Source of the DNA: Chiloscyllium plagiosum
Lineage: Eukaryota
Direction: 5' to 3'
Assembly: GCF_004010195.1 (NCBI RefSeq)
Contig: NW_025215286.1
Location: 11,924-52,156 of the forward strand
DNA length: 40,233 nt
The notes beneath the pieces were generated by a model. It was not told the origin of the DNA. It saw only the letters and a list, made by a program, of their open reading frames with translations, and did not search any database. A program made the translations under genes and the position numbers. Of the stretch, positions 1 to 10,444 are shown piece after piece (position 1 is the stretch's first letter; each line of letters starts with the position of its first letter).

Positions 1-489
1 AGAGACTGTACTCTGTAACTTGTGAGGGAGAACCTGGAATCACGAAGGGGACACCAGCAGGGAAGAGGATGGAGCAGCAATGGCAACAGTTTCTGGGGGG
101 AATTCAGGAAGCACAGCTGAAATTCATGCCGAGCATCTGCTTCTGGTCCCTGAAATAAATATCCTAAATCTGGCTCTCCACTAATGCTCATCAATTGTAT
201 CCTTGAGAGCCTTTGTTAACCATGGGTGCATCATCTTCTGATCGAGTTCTTCTTTTTGAACAGAAACAATAATTACTGAGGGTTTGGGATATCTTTTTGA
301 ATGTCTGCTCACGTATACTCACTGGCCTACCTCTGGGTCTATTTTCACATTCTGCTTCAGACCAGATGTGAGGCAGAAATCCTCAATTTAGATGCCTGGT
401 TCTTTTCAATCATTCAGGGGGAACTTCTGCCTGTGGCTGAACAAAAGATCAGCGGAGGCTGACTCCATTCTCCAAGTTTCTGCATCTCT

Positions 490-1610
490 GTTATTTCTGT
501 TTGATGATGCCACATTCCTGTGAGCTGCATCGAACGTGACCTCCTTTTCCATCAAACCAGAAATCCCCGAACTCTTGTGGACAGGGCCTTCAGCTATGAC
601 TGTCCTATCTCCCACCGTGTTGCCCTCAATCCGTCCCCTCCATCCCAGAACAATGATAGATTCCTCCTTGTCCACACTTCCTCCTGCACGAGAATCCACA
701 TTCACATATTCATCTTACGCCATTTCCACCATCTCCAGCAGGATAGCATCATCAAACACATCTTCCCCTCCCACCCACTGTCAGTATTTCACAGCGACCG
801 TTCCCTCTGTGTCACCGTCCATCACCCCGAACGTTTCCCCACTCCCTCATCGCACCATCCCATGCAATTACAGAAGCTGCAACACTTGTCCATTCACCTC
901 ATCCCTCCTCACTGTGCAAGGCCCCAAACATAGCTTCCAGGAGAAGCAGCATTTCACTTGTAAACTTTCAATCTGATCTCCTGTCATTGCTGCTCATAAT
1001 GCAGTCTCTTTATATTGGCGAGACCAAAGAGAGATTGTTTTGAGGAACATACCCACTCTGTCTGTAGAAATAACCCTGACCTTCTCTTTGCTTCCCATTT
1101 CAATAACTTACCTTGCTCTTGTACTAACATTTCAGCCCTGGGCTGCTGCAATGTTCCGAGGCAGCACAACCCAAGCTCGAGTAACAACTCACTTTACACT
1201 TTCGTACGTTACAGCCTTTAGGAGTTAATGTACAATTTCATAACTTCACAGTCTGACCCCATTATAACTGTTCTCCAGTTTCCGTACAATCTCCCTCCTG
1301 GCCTCCCGATGATCTTGAATGATTGCATCTTCTTTATCTTTCACTCAATCGAGAGAACCCCTTTTCCCCATTCACATCTTAATATAAAGCTATTTCACAT
1401 GATCTTCTTGTTCACCACTACTAAAAGTATGTTTATCTTTTGCCACACCCTCTTTTACCCGTCAACCCACTCCCCACACCTGTCAAAGGATTATAAAGCT
1501 CATTTTCCAATCCTTTTCAGTTCTGAAGAAGTGTCATACTGGACTTGAAAGGCTAACTCTGTTTCTCTGTCTCTGCAGATGATGCCAGACCTGTTGAGTT
1601 TCTCTAGAAA
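490..1610 (+). mobile_element. Decayed Penelope-like element, 3' part (linker, Cys motif, GIY-YIG endonuclease, 3' end)
   Basis: Frames give VDRAF..PISHRVALNPSPPSQNNDR..ILRHFHHLQQD..HIFPS, CNYRSCNTCPFTSSLLTVQGPKHSFQ and an LYIGETK-like stretch (tatattggcgagaccaaa). A degenerate CTGAAGA..GAAA motif lies at ~1523-1550. Frameshifted. Confidence 0.85.
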
Positions 1611-1631
1611 TGAATAGGCTCAGAACAAGTT

Positions 1632-1793
1632 TTCAATTAAACAAATAACTATGGATACTGGAAATGAAAATCCAAAATTGCTGGAGAAAATGGGAGCTTT
1701 GTAGAAGGGTCACTGGTCCTGAAAGATTAACTCTGCTTTCACTCCACAAGATGCTGCCAGACCTGCTGAGTTTCGTCAGCAATTTCTGTTTTT
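1632..1793. mobile_element. Short PLE-derived insertion with inverted ends and 9-bp TSD
   Basis: GAACAAGTT at 1623-1631 and 1794-1802 flank a segment with inverted aaattgctggagaaa / tttcgtcagcaattt arms. Confidence 0.6.
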
Positions 1794-2289
1794 GAACAAG
1801 TTCCATAGACGTGTGTTAAAGCTACTCAAACGGTCTGTCTCACACGGAATGCACTGGGAAGTGACCGATAATGCAAGGTGCACAAATTCCTTGATCTGAA
1901 ACTGCATAAGGCTGGCATCACTGACACTGCAGAGCTCTTAATCATGCTCACCTAGAGAAACAGAGGGGAACACATTCACATCAAACACAGAAGATGGCAT
2001 TGGGGTAATGGAAAAGATTCAGATGCATATGTTAAGGGGTTTGAGTAAAGTAACAAATTGGAGGCGTGACACCAGAGAGAGACCTTCAGCAGAATCAGAA
2101 TAGGAAAATGGAAGAAACCAGGTTAAGACACTGAATACAGAGCTGATGGGTGAATGGGTCTTGGTGTGAACTGAGGGAGAGTCAGTTGAATTGAATTGAA
2201 CATATTGGAGCTCAAAGTGGGCATTCATGTGATGCGCTAGAATCATAGCAGGAGCAGAATTGTATTCGACTACAATCTGTAACATTTTC

Positions 2290-3050
2290 CCCAGGATAAT
2301 CCCTCAGTCTACCATTACCATCAAGCTGATCTATGATTCAGCGACGAGTCTGGGTGAACATGATACCTTGTGTACCTAAACCTGATGACAATCCATTAAG
2401 TCTACTGCACTTGACTGGTTATATTCGCAACAGCACTACTAACATCTGATACAGAGGACGAAATGATCCCAAGACTAACAGATCATGTCGAAGTTGTGCA
2501 GTGCTGCCACATCCAGACATAAATGTCGCTGGACTATTAAAAAACTCACTGGAGGAGAGGACTCCATAAATATCACCATCCTAAATAACGGGACAGCCCT
2601 GTAAATCAGTGTAAAAGACATGGTTGTATTATCTGCACCGTCCTCTGCCAGAAGTGTTGAGTTGATGATTCACCTCACCCTCGCCATGCTGCCCGTAGAA
2701 TCACAGATGCCAGTCTTTAGTCAATCTGATTCACAGTATGTAACATGAAGAAACAGCTGAACACAATAGATACGACAAAGGCAATGGGCCCCGACACCAT
2801 TCCTGCAACTGGACTGAAGACTTGAGCTGCACAACAAGCCGTGTCCCTGGGGAAGCTGTTTCATTCCAGCTCCAACTCTGACATCTCCCTGGCAATGTGG
2901 AAAATAACTCAGCTATGTCCAATCCTATAACAAGGGAACAACTACAGTCTAACCATTTACCACGCCCTGAGTCCCATCGCAATAGTCACATTGGTGGGAG
3001 TTCTTTCTGGCAGATCTGTCAAGCATCACAGAAATAACCTGCTCAGTGTG
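2290..3050 (+). mobile_element. Old non-LTR retrotransposon ORF2 remnant (region upstream of the RT core)
   Basis: Degenerate KLCSAATS..WTIKKLTGG..ILN, KAMGPD and AMWKI motifs with stops and frameshifts. A homologous copy lies at ~29900-30615. Confidence 0.7.
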
Positions 3051-3071
3051 GTTTCAGATAGGCCCCCATGT

Positions 3072-3201
3072 GGAGATGGTGCTGTTGTGGAAATATCACT
3101 GGATTACTAATCCAGACCAGGCTAATGCTCTGGCAACTGGTGGAAGTTATAATTAATAAAATATCGAGATGTAAAACCTGGAGTCATTAACAGTGACCTT
3201 G
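3072..3201 (+). mobile_element. Deu/SacSINE1-like SINE, 5' part (runs into gap)
   Basis: cactggattactaatccagaccaggctaatgctctggcaactggtgg head. A longer paralogous copy lies at 30630-31085. Confidence 0.6.
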
Positions 3202-3381
3202 NNNNNNNNNNNNNNNNNNNNNNNNNNNNNNNNNNNNNNNNNNNNNNNNNNNNNNNNNNNNNNNNNNNNNNNNNNNNNNNNNNNNNNNNATATCCTTTAG
3301 TATGTTTAAACATCGGAACACATAAAATAGGAACTACTGTATTCGCTTTGGTCCTTCAATTTTGATCCTCCATTCAATATA

Positions 3382-4023
3382 CAGGCAGTTATCCAATAAG
3401 GTGTGTTTATTAAACACAATTTCGCTGCAACACAATTCGTGAATTGTGCCCCTTTCTTTATAAAGCGAGCTCCCGTTCACTGTTATGGGAGTCCGTCTCT
3501 GGCACCAGTTGAACAGCAAATCCCAGCCTCAGGATCCCTCTGTTTGCCAAATTCACCCTCAGTGTGTTCAGATAAAGCAGGAATGTAATCCGCTCTGCAA
3601 GCCTTGAAACTGAGCCTGAATGTGGGATTTGTGGTCTACATTTAGAAGGAATTTTATTTCAAACGGGGAGGGAAATATCTTGGAGAAAACTGGAATGCCG
3701 CATCGGCATCACGTGGTCAGTCAGCTCGCGCGATTTCTGGTGAAGATCGTGGTGAAAGGAACAGTGCTGTCGTCAGTGACTGTAGTGTTAAAGTGTGACA
3801 TTTACTGCACTAACTCCTTACAATACACAGTTTGTATTTATGTTGCCTGTGCTATTGTTTGTGTTAGGTTGACTAATATTTTTATTTTTATTTTTACTGG
3901 TAATTTTGGGGGTTCGCACCGAAGCCTCTTTTTCCCATTGGCCGTTTTCTATATTATTGCACCGTTTTCTATATTACGGTATTCCACAGGAACACAGCTG
4001 ACACAGTATTGGATCACTGCCTG
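3382..4023. mobile_element. Non-autonomous Tc1/mariner-superfamily (pogo/Tigger-like) MITE, 642 bp
   Basis: TIRs CAGGCAGTTATCCAATA (3382-3398) and TATTGGATCACTGCCTG (4007-4023) match at 16/17 positions. TA TSD at 3380-3381 and 4024-4025. No transposase ORF. Confidence 0.9.
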
Positions 4024-4025
4024 TA

Positions 4026-4560
4026 ATTATTGCTGATTCTATACCTCCACACCCAAACTCCTGCAGTGTCCCCCCCCTCCCATTCTGTCTTGAAATCCTT
4101 ATTTATATTCAGTACCTTAGCTTTCACAGCTTGATCAGGGAAATAATTCCCCAGTTTTACCAGTCTCTGAGTGCAGACATTTAGTCTCATCTCAACGCAC
4201 TTTGGCCTGTCTGTACCCAACACTGTGAGCCCATGTTTTGGACATCTCACCCAGGGAAATTATCATCCCTGCTTCCAATCTATCTCGCCATGTCAGAGTT
4301 TTATATAGTTCACCCATTTTCCTAAACCTCATGGAATAGATGTACAGTCGCCCAAACTCTCTTCCCACAACAAGCCTGTCATCCCAGAGATCAGTCTGGT
4401 CATCCTTCGTTGCTCTCCCTCAATGTAAGGTTTGCCCTCAATGCACACAATACTGCACAATGTTCAAGATGGGGTCTCACCAAGGGCCTGTACAGCTGCA
4501 GTAAGACACCCTTACTCCTGTACTCAAAACATCCTGAAATGAAGGTCAGCACACCATTCA
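4026..4560 (-). mobile_element. CR1-clade LINE 3' fragment; its tail continues at ~3320-3380 across the MITE
   Basis: Minus frame FISGCFEYRSKGVLLQLYRPLVRPHLEHC is the typical CR1 ORF2 C-terminal motif. Confidence 0.8.
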
Positions 4561-4775
4561 TTTTCAACAAAATTGTGTATTCCCGTGACAGCTGAGCCTG
4601 CTCTAACCTGAGTGGGAACGTTACAACAAGCTCGTAAAGTGTGGCTGCTGCTGTATAGGGTCTTAGTGAGATCACAACTGGAGTAATGTGCACAGATTTA
4701 ATCTCCTCACTAAGAAAGGGTATTGGTATTAACTCAGATATTATTCCCTCAACTGATTTCTGCAATGAAGGTGTT

Positions 4776-5095
4776 AATCATAGAATCCCGATAGTGTGGA
4801 AGCAGACAATTTGACCCATCGACTCCACGCTGATCCTCTGAAGGCCATACAATACAAACCCCACTCCTTTACCCCCTTCCCAACCCAATCTCTGCAACCT
4901 GACATTTTCCATGACTAATGCACCTAACTGGCACATCTTGGGACTTTGGGCGGAAACTGCAGTACCCGACAGGCATCCCTTGCAGGCACAGGGGGAATGT
5001 GCATAATCCACACAAACAGTGACCCGAGACTGAAACTGAACCAGATCTCTGGTGCTGGGAGGCAGCAGTGCTAACCACTGATCTACCTACTGTGG
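4776..5095 (-). mobile_element. HE1-like tRNA-derived V-SINE
   Basis: Minus strand has the head gtggttagcactgctgcctc..ggttc, a V-domain-like core (ggtcactgtttgtgtggattatgcacattc..agtcccaagatgtgc) and a CR1-like tail ending gggattctatgatt. Confidence 0.85.
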
Positions 5096-5439
5096 GCAAC
5101 GCAACCTGCCTGCTCAATTCAACACTCAAAACGTGGCATAACAGCAGGGAGATTGCATAAGTCTCCAAAATTGTCATTGTGCAACAGGATAAGGACAATG
5201 ATATCTTAAGCGGCTTGGTCAGGAACAGGCGCAGAACATGCAAGACATCGAAGCTATAGTGTCGGAACACCAGGAGAACATTCAGCCCATCGTGTGTGTA
5301 AAGCAGGAACAGAATGAGTCCAATCAGCCAGCCATGCCCCTTACACAGCAATTGGAGCCGAGCTTTCACAGCCTCGTGCCTATTTCACAGGAATTGAAAC
5401 GGACTGTCGAGATTATGGAAAGGGAAGAACTTAGAATAA

Positions 5440-5790
5440 CCAACTTCACTGGAAAGGTATGAGCAAACGATTGGGACTGAAGACAAATTGTTCAAATCTA
5501 TTATTAAGGAATTCACAACAGTAGACTTTGAAAGTCAAACCACAATCCATCAAAGTCGACATGATTGTTTTAAGGATAAATCATGTTTGAATGATCTTCC
5601 TAACTTTTTCGTATTAAGAAGTGTGACAAACAAGTTGAATAAGGGGGATCTAAAAGATGTATTATACCTGGACTTCAAGAAGGCATTGCATAACTTGCTT
5701 GACGAAATATTAATATGCAAGACAAGAGCACATGGGGTTGGGACAATTTATTTGCTTGGAGAGAAAATTGGCTAACCAATAAAAATCATG
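5440..5790 (+). mobile_element. Old CR1 RT fragment
   Basis: HQSRHDCFKDKSCLNDL..DVLYLDFKKAL resembles the CR1 SQHGF..KSCLTNL..DVVYLDFQKAFD motif. Confidence 0.8.
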
Positions 5791-5794
5791 ATAT

Positions 5795-6300
5795 GGAGGT
5801 GCTAGTTTTGGACTGGGTTGAGTAAGGTCAATAATCGCATGGCACCAGGTTACAGACTGATGGGTTAATTTGAAAACACAAGCTTTCATTGTCCTGCTCC
5901 TTCGTCAGGTGTTAGAGAGAGAAGACCTTAGGCACAAAAAACAACACATGCACATGAATTGAACACATCTAAGATGGCTGCTAAATCTTAATTCGGTTAG
6001 AATGGAGAGACAGGTTTTGATTGATGAATATGCAAATTCCAGAGTTCCTTTCAACGCCTGCCTGGAGATCCTTCAGGTATTATCCATGAAAAGCAGGTGA
6101 CCTTTCCAGTAAGACAACGTATTTAAGGCATGCGGTCATGTTTGGGGTCTGTATGTGTCTTCAACTGGAATCAGACTGGGTTTATTACCAAAGTAGGAGT
6201 TCATAAAATATCACATTGACTGACTGTCTACAAATTGTATATTTTTTGAGAAAATATAATGCATCTGGAAATAAAAGCCAGCAAATCTAAATTCATTTAT
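5795..6300 (-). mobile_element. PLE-family 3' end with hammerhead-like motif
   Basis: Minus strand CAC-CTGACGA-AGGAGCAGGACAAT-GAAAGCTT-GTG at 5877-5911. The surrounding sequence resembles a common shark PLE terminus (from recall). Confidence 0.6.
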
Positions 6301-6306
6301 ATATTA

Positions 6307-6535
6307 GATGTGTGTGTGTGCGTGTCGATGTGTCTGCGTGTTTGTGTGCACGTGCATGTGTGTGTTTGGAAACAATTTGGAGTGTTTGTGGGATGGAGAG
6401 AGAGTGTGTGTGTTTGTGAGAGAGTGAGGGTGAGCATGTGAGTCTTTGGGAGGGAGAGAGAGGGTGTGCGTGCGTGTGAGAGAGGGGAGAGTGTGTGTGC
6501 ATGTGAGAGAGGGGGAGTGTGTTTGTGTGCGGGGA
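6307..6535. repeat. Imperfect (GT)n/(GA)n microsatellite
   Basis: Direct inspection. Confidence 0.95.
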
Positions 6536-8390
6536 GGAGAGGGTGAATTTGCATGGGTGTATTTAAAGGGGAGAGGGAAAGGATGTGTGTCTCCTCGTTA
6601 AAACACAGGCAGATTTAGCAGATCCCTTTACCCACACACACTCTGTGGTTTCAGAGGTTCCCGTCTCTACAGTTTCTGCTCCATTTGTTGTTCATGTTGC
6701 AGACGCAGATGCTGTAAATACACTCCCCATGCTCCATCCAGAGATGGGTCATCAAATCCTCAGGTCTCCCTGAATATCTGAGGCCGCTCAGAGGACAACC
6801 TCTAGAATACCATCCCCAGCCCCTCCACTAACCTTTCCGTAACAGAAGTCAGTCAGAAGCCCCTCAACTCCAAGTAAGAGACCTGTTACTTGAGAATATT
6901 ACTCGAGGGGTTTCCTCATGTGATGAACCGCACAATCATGTAAGAGGGACAAACACAGGCTTTCAGTGGTCAGGCACAGACCAAGTTTCAAAGACGTGTC
7001 TCAATACTGCTGGGACTCCCTTTCCAACTTGGAGAAACAGCCCGCCACATGCCATTTCATTGTTTCTGAGCTTCACAATGCCAGCGCTCGATACACTCGG
7101 GAGCCAAAAAAACAACACCAGGGAAAGGTACAGAAAAACAAACAATTAATTAACTGATAACATGTTGTGAAAATATGGATAAGGAGACAGGGGAGTGGGA
7201 GTAACTGGAGAAGTGAGACAATGGTGGGTCCAATCACAAGAATGAGAGCATTCAATCAAATTATTGCCAGATCAGTTGAAATGATTAGTTACATCAAATT
7301 GTGAATCTGCCTCACAGAACCATCCCAGATACCATAAACTGGGACAAGGGACCCGCCAGAATGGCAAGCTATGCACACCATGCTTGTGGACTACTCTATA
7401 AACTGTTCTACTTGCCCAGCATGGGGACCATTGCAAACCCTTGCCAGTATATTGCTACTATACTTGCACTACAGAATTGTCTTGCACGGGAAGATTTGTA
7501 ACCCATGCAGTGAGTGACAGCAAATGGGCTCCCACAAATGGATGGCTCTGTATCTCCACTGCCGAAATATAAGGCAAGAGATTGTTTGTGTGCGTGTGTG
7601 TGTGTGTGTCTGTGTGTTGGTGGCAGGAGATTTGTAAATTGCTATTTGAGAGAGAATAAACATAGAGGAAATCAGTCTAAATGTGAAAAACTGACAGGGC
7701 TTTTTGTCATTAACAGAGGGAGACTGAGGACCGTGTCATAGACAGAGGTGACGACGTGCTTGTGAATATTAAAGTAAAGGCTTTGCCAGACCCAGCAACA
7801 ATATAAAGCAATCCGTACGGGAATGATGGGATTTTGGTCTGCGTTTAGATAAAAGCCATGGAATCCCGACTCAGATTTGGTTAAGCAGCAGCAGATTATT
7901 GGCTTTATTAAGACTGTCTTTCTTAGCTGAAGGTTCAAACAGCAGATGGGATGAACCAGTGAAGTATAACCTGCAGTTGTCAATAGTTAAAATTAGGAAT
8001 GGTCAGGATATGGTGTCTGTAATCAGCTTGTGGCCAAAGGGATCACTGCACTTGTGACTCGTCTGTTTCAGCCTCAGTTATTGGCCAGGGATGAGATGGA
8101 GTCAGAGGAAGGAAATGGAGCTTGCATCCAGAACAGAAGACAGTGACCTCCAAGCTTTCAATATTTAAATAGCAAGGGCAGTGATGCAATGCATCCTGGT
8201 TCATACCTGAAAGTGAGTAGGTCAACCAACAAGGCCCAGTACCAGAACTAAAGAAGGAGATAAAGAATTAACAAGTTCACTATTGTTTGTTGTGGTTTGG
8301 AGCGTGAATGCTTAGAGTAGAGTAAATGAAAAGAACAGTAATACAGTCGCACATGGATAATGCAAATAATATGTCGACAGGGAAACTTAC

Positions 8391-8610
8391 CAGGGACACC
8401 AACAATAGCCAGGATAGGATAATAAAAACATCGAATAATGTAAAGTGCATATTTGATCCGCGATGTTAACGGCCACCAATAATATGTGGAAAGAATCCAA
8501 ACATAATAGGATAACCTCCTGTCCATTGTTGGAACATTCCAGTGGAATGTTCTCAGATTCTGATCCACTTTTGGAACTGTCCAGTCGAATGTTCTCAGAT
8601 TCTGATCCAT
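8391..8610 (-). CDS. First coding exon of a GPR139/GPR142-like class A orphan GPCR (N-terminus and start of TM1); possibly a pseudogene allele
   Basis: Translates MDQNLRTFDWTVPKVDQNLRTFHWNVPTMDRRLSYYVWILSTYYWWPLTSRIKYALYIIRCFYYPILAIVGVP(G). The YYPILAIVGVP motif is followed directly by a consensus phase-1 donor CTG|GTAAGT (intron starts at 8390). This matches my recollection of the two-exon GPR139-like genes expanded in cartilaginous fish. Exon 2 was not found in the window. Confidence 0.8.
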
Positions 8611-8716
8611 CGAATGTTCTCAGATTCTGATCCATTGTTGTAACATTCCAGTGTAACATTCTCAGATTCTGATCCACTGTTGGAACTTTCCAGTCCAATG
8701 TTCTCAGTTTCTGATC
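8524..8716 (-). repeat. 42-bp (14-codon) tandem array spanning the GPCR 5' end and N-terminus
   Basis: GATCAGAA(T/A)CTGAGAA units start at 8716, 8674, 8632, 8607 and 8565 on the minus strand (spacings 42, 42, 25, 42). They encode DQNLRT(F/L)xWxVPxx-like repeats. Confidence 0.95.
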
Positions 8717-8802
8717 TCTCCCTCTATCTGGAGCAGTCGATCCCAGTTAGTGCTATCGGTGATTCGCCCGCCCATACCATGGGATAACATATTGAATGGA
8801 GC

Positions 8803-8812
8803 CCTTTTATCA
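8803..8812 (-). promoter_or_regulatory. Candidate TATA-like box for the GPCR gene
   Basis: Minus strand reads TGATAAAAGG about 90 bp upstream of the repeat array. Position is plausible but the motif is weak. Confidence 0.25.
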
Positions 8813-9231
8813 TGAAAAGATGGAAACCCTCCACTGGGATAATTAGAATCCACGGAGACTGACACTAGTGACAGTCACCAAACAAACAGGTTCAGTTAAC
8901 CAGTTCCTTACATCATTTTACATAACACAATAAAAGGGAACATTTACTTGGTTTGGATGGAATGGATGAAAGTTGCTGAGGGATAGACCATAATTCTTTC
9001 AATCTTTATAATCTGTCTTCCCTGTATGTGGGAGTATTGTCGGAACACTGCACTGCTATATACGTTTCACCCTGTTTATAAAAGGAGACAGGAATAAAGT
9101 AACAGCTGCATAAAATGTTTGGTGGAGATGTTTCTCGATATCTTTGTGTAATGCTGCTAAAAGTTTGAAATTCCCTGTTATCAAGTCCTTTCTTAACCTT
9201 GTGACATCATTCAGAGCATTGAGACTGCTGC

Positions 9232-9500
9232 TCAGGAACAGGGAGATACAGGAGGTAGTCACTCAACTGCTCAAGACTGGGAAACAGGGACAGGAGGTAG
9301 TCACTTAACTCTCGAGACTGGGACACAAGAACATGAGGCAGTCTTTCAACTGTTCGAGACTGGGACACAGGGACAGGAGACAGTCTTTCAACTGTTCGAG
9401 ACTGGGACACAGGGGCAGGAGGTAGACACTCAACTGCTCGATACCGGAACACAGGAACAAGAGGCAGTCACTCAATTGTTCGAGACTGGGATACAAGGAA
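9232..9500 (+). repeat. 42-bp minisatellite, ~6 units
   Basis: AGACTGGG-like anchors at 9274, 9315, 9357, 9399, 9441 and 9483. Consensus is approximately ACAGGGACAGGAGGCAGTCACTCAACTGTTCGAGACTGGGAC. Confidence 0.95.
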
Positions 9501-10444
9501 ATCTGGAGGCTAGTGAGGCCCCAGATTTCTGTTTCCCGGGATTAGGAGGAGGCAACTCACTACCCACCAGTCTGGAACACTGGGAGAAAAGGGAAATCGG
9601 CTTGTTACTAACAGGAATATCTGAATAAGTTGCATGAGCGAGCCATTCAATCCTGCTCCAACATTTTTCAAAACCATGGCTGATCTGATTGTAATTCCCC
9701 ATCCCATTTTACAGAGATTCCCCTCTCTCCAGCCTCTGCTCCATTTGTTGGTCATGTTGCAGATCCAGATTCTGTAACTACAGTCACCATGTTTCATCCA
9801 GAGTTTGGTCACCAAAGCCTCTGGTCTTCATGAATTTCCACAGCAGCTTAAAACACAGCCTCCAGGAAACCTTCCCCAGCATTTCCACGAACGTACAAAA
9901 ACTATAGTTCAGTCAAATGTCAATCAAATGCAAGTGAGAAGCCTGGGCTAAATCACTAACATGTTACTGAGGACATGAGCAGCAGAGAGTGATTAACACA
10001 GGCTTTCAATGGTTCGGCACAGAGCAAGTTACAAAGGCGTGACTCAAAACTGCTAAAACCCCACTATCCAACATGGATGACAGGACAGGACACTGGGAAG
10101 TCAAAGAAAATGCAAGCAATGCTTTTTGAACATTGTTTCTAAGCTTCTTAGTGTTGGAAGCTGATGCTCTTGGGTGAGCAGCATTCAAGGGCAGGAAAAG
10201 ATATAGGACAATTATTCACATTAAAACTGGACAATTAAAACTGGATGGTGGGGAAGCAGTTTAAACACTAACAAATGGGAGGGATTTCGGAAATAGACAG
10301 AGGGAGAGATACTCTGAATCAATGTTATGGAAGGATGTGTTTGCAGGCTTCAGAATGCTGAAATGAAGACATTTCGATCATATCGAGCAATATAGGTTAG
10401 TATGTCCGGGAATGACGAATTAATACGAAATTGGTGCAAGGTCA

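Noticed and set aside
5040..5090. tRNA-like sequence (also ~20420-20468)
   Set aside because: These are SINE heads continuous with V-SINE bodies, not tRNA genes.
8248..8390. ORF-track extension of the GPCR frame (GKFPCRHII...)
   Set aside because: It lies beyond a consensus GTAAGT donor and lacks the expected TM1-TM2 continuation, so it is intron read-through.
1..8390. Search for GPCR exon 2 (DRF/DRY and TM7 motifs) on the minus strand
   Set aside because: No long ORF or such motifs seen. The 88-bp gap falls inside a SINE by comparison with the duplicate. The exon is probably left of the window.
8524..9500. Regular 42-bp arrays as a possible CRISPR-like locus
   Set aside because: Units are contiguous tandem copies with no unique spacers, there are no cas-like ORFs, and the context is vertebrate. 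The two arrays share a period but no convincing sequence similarity.
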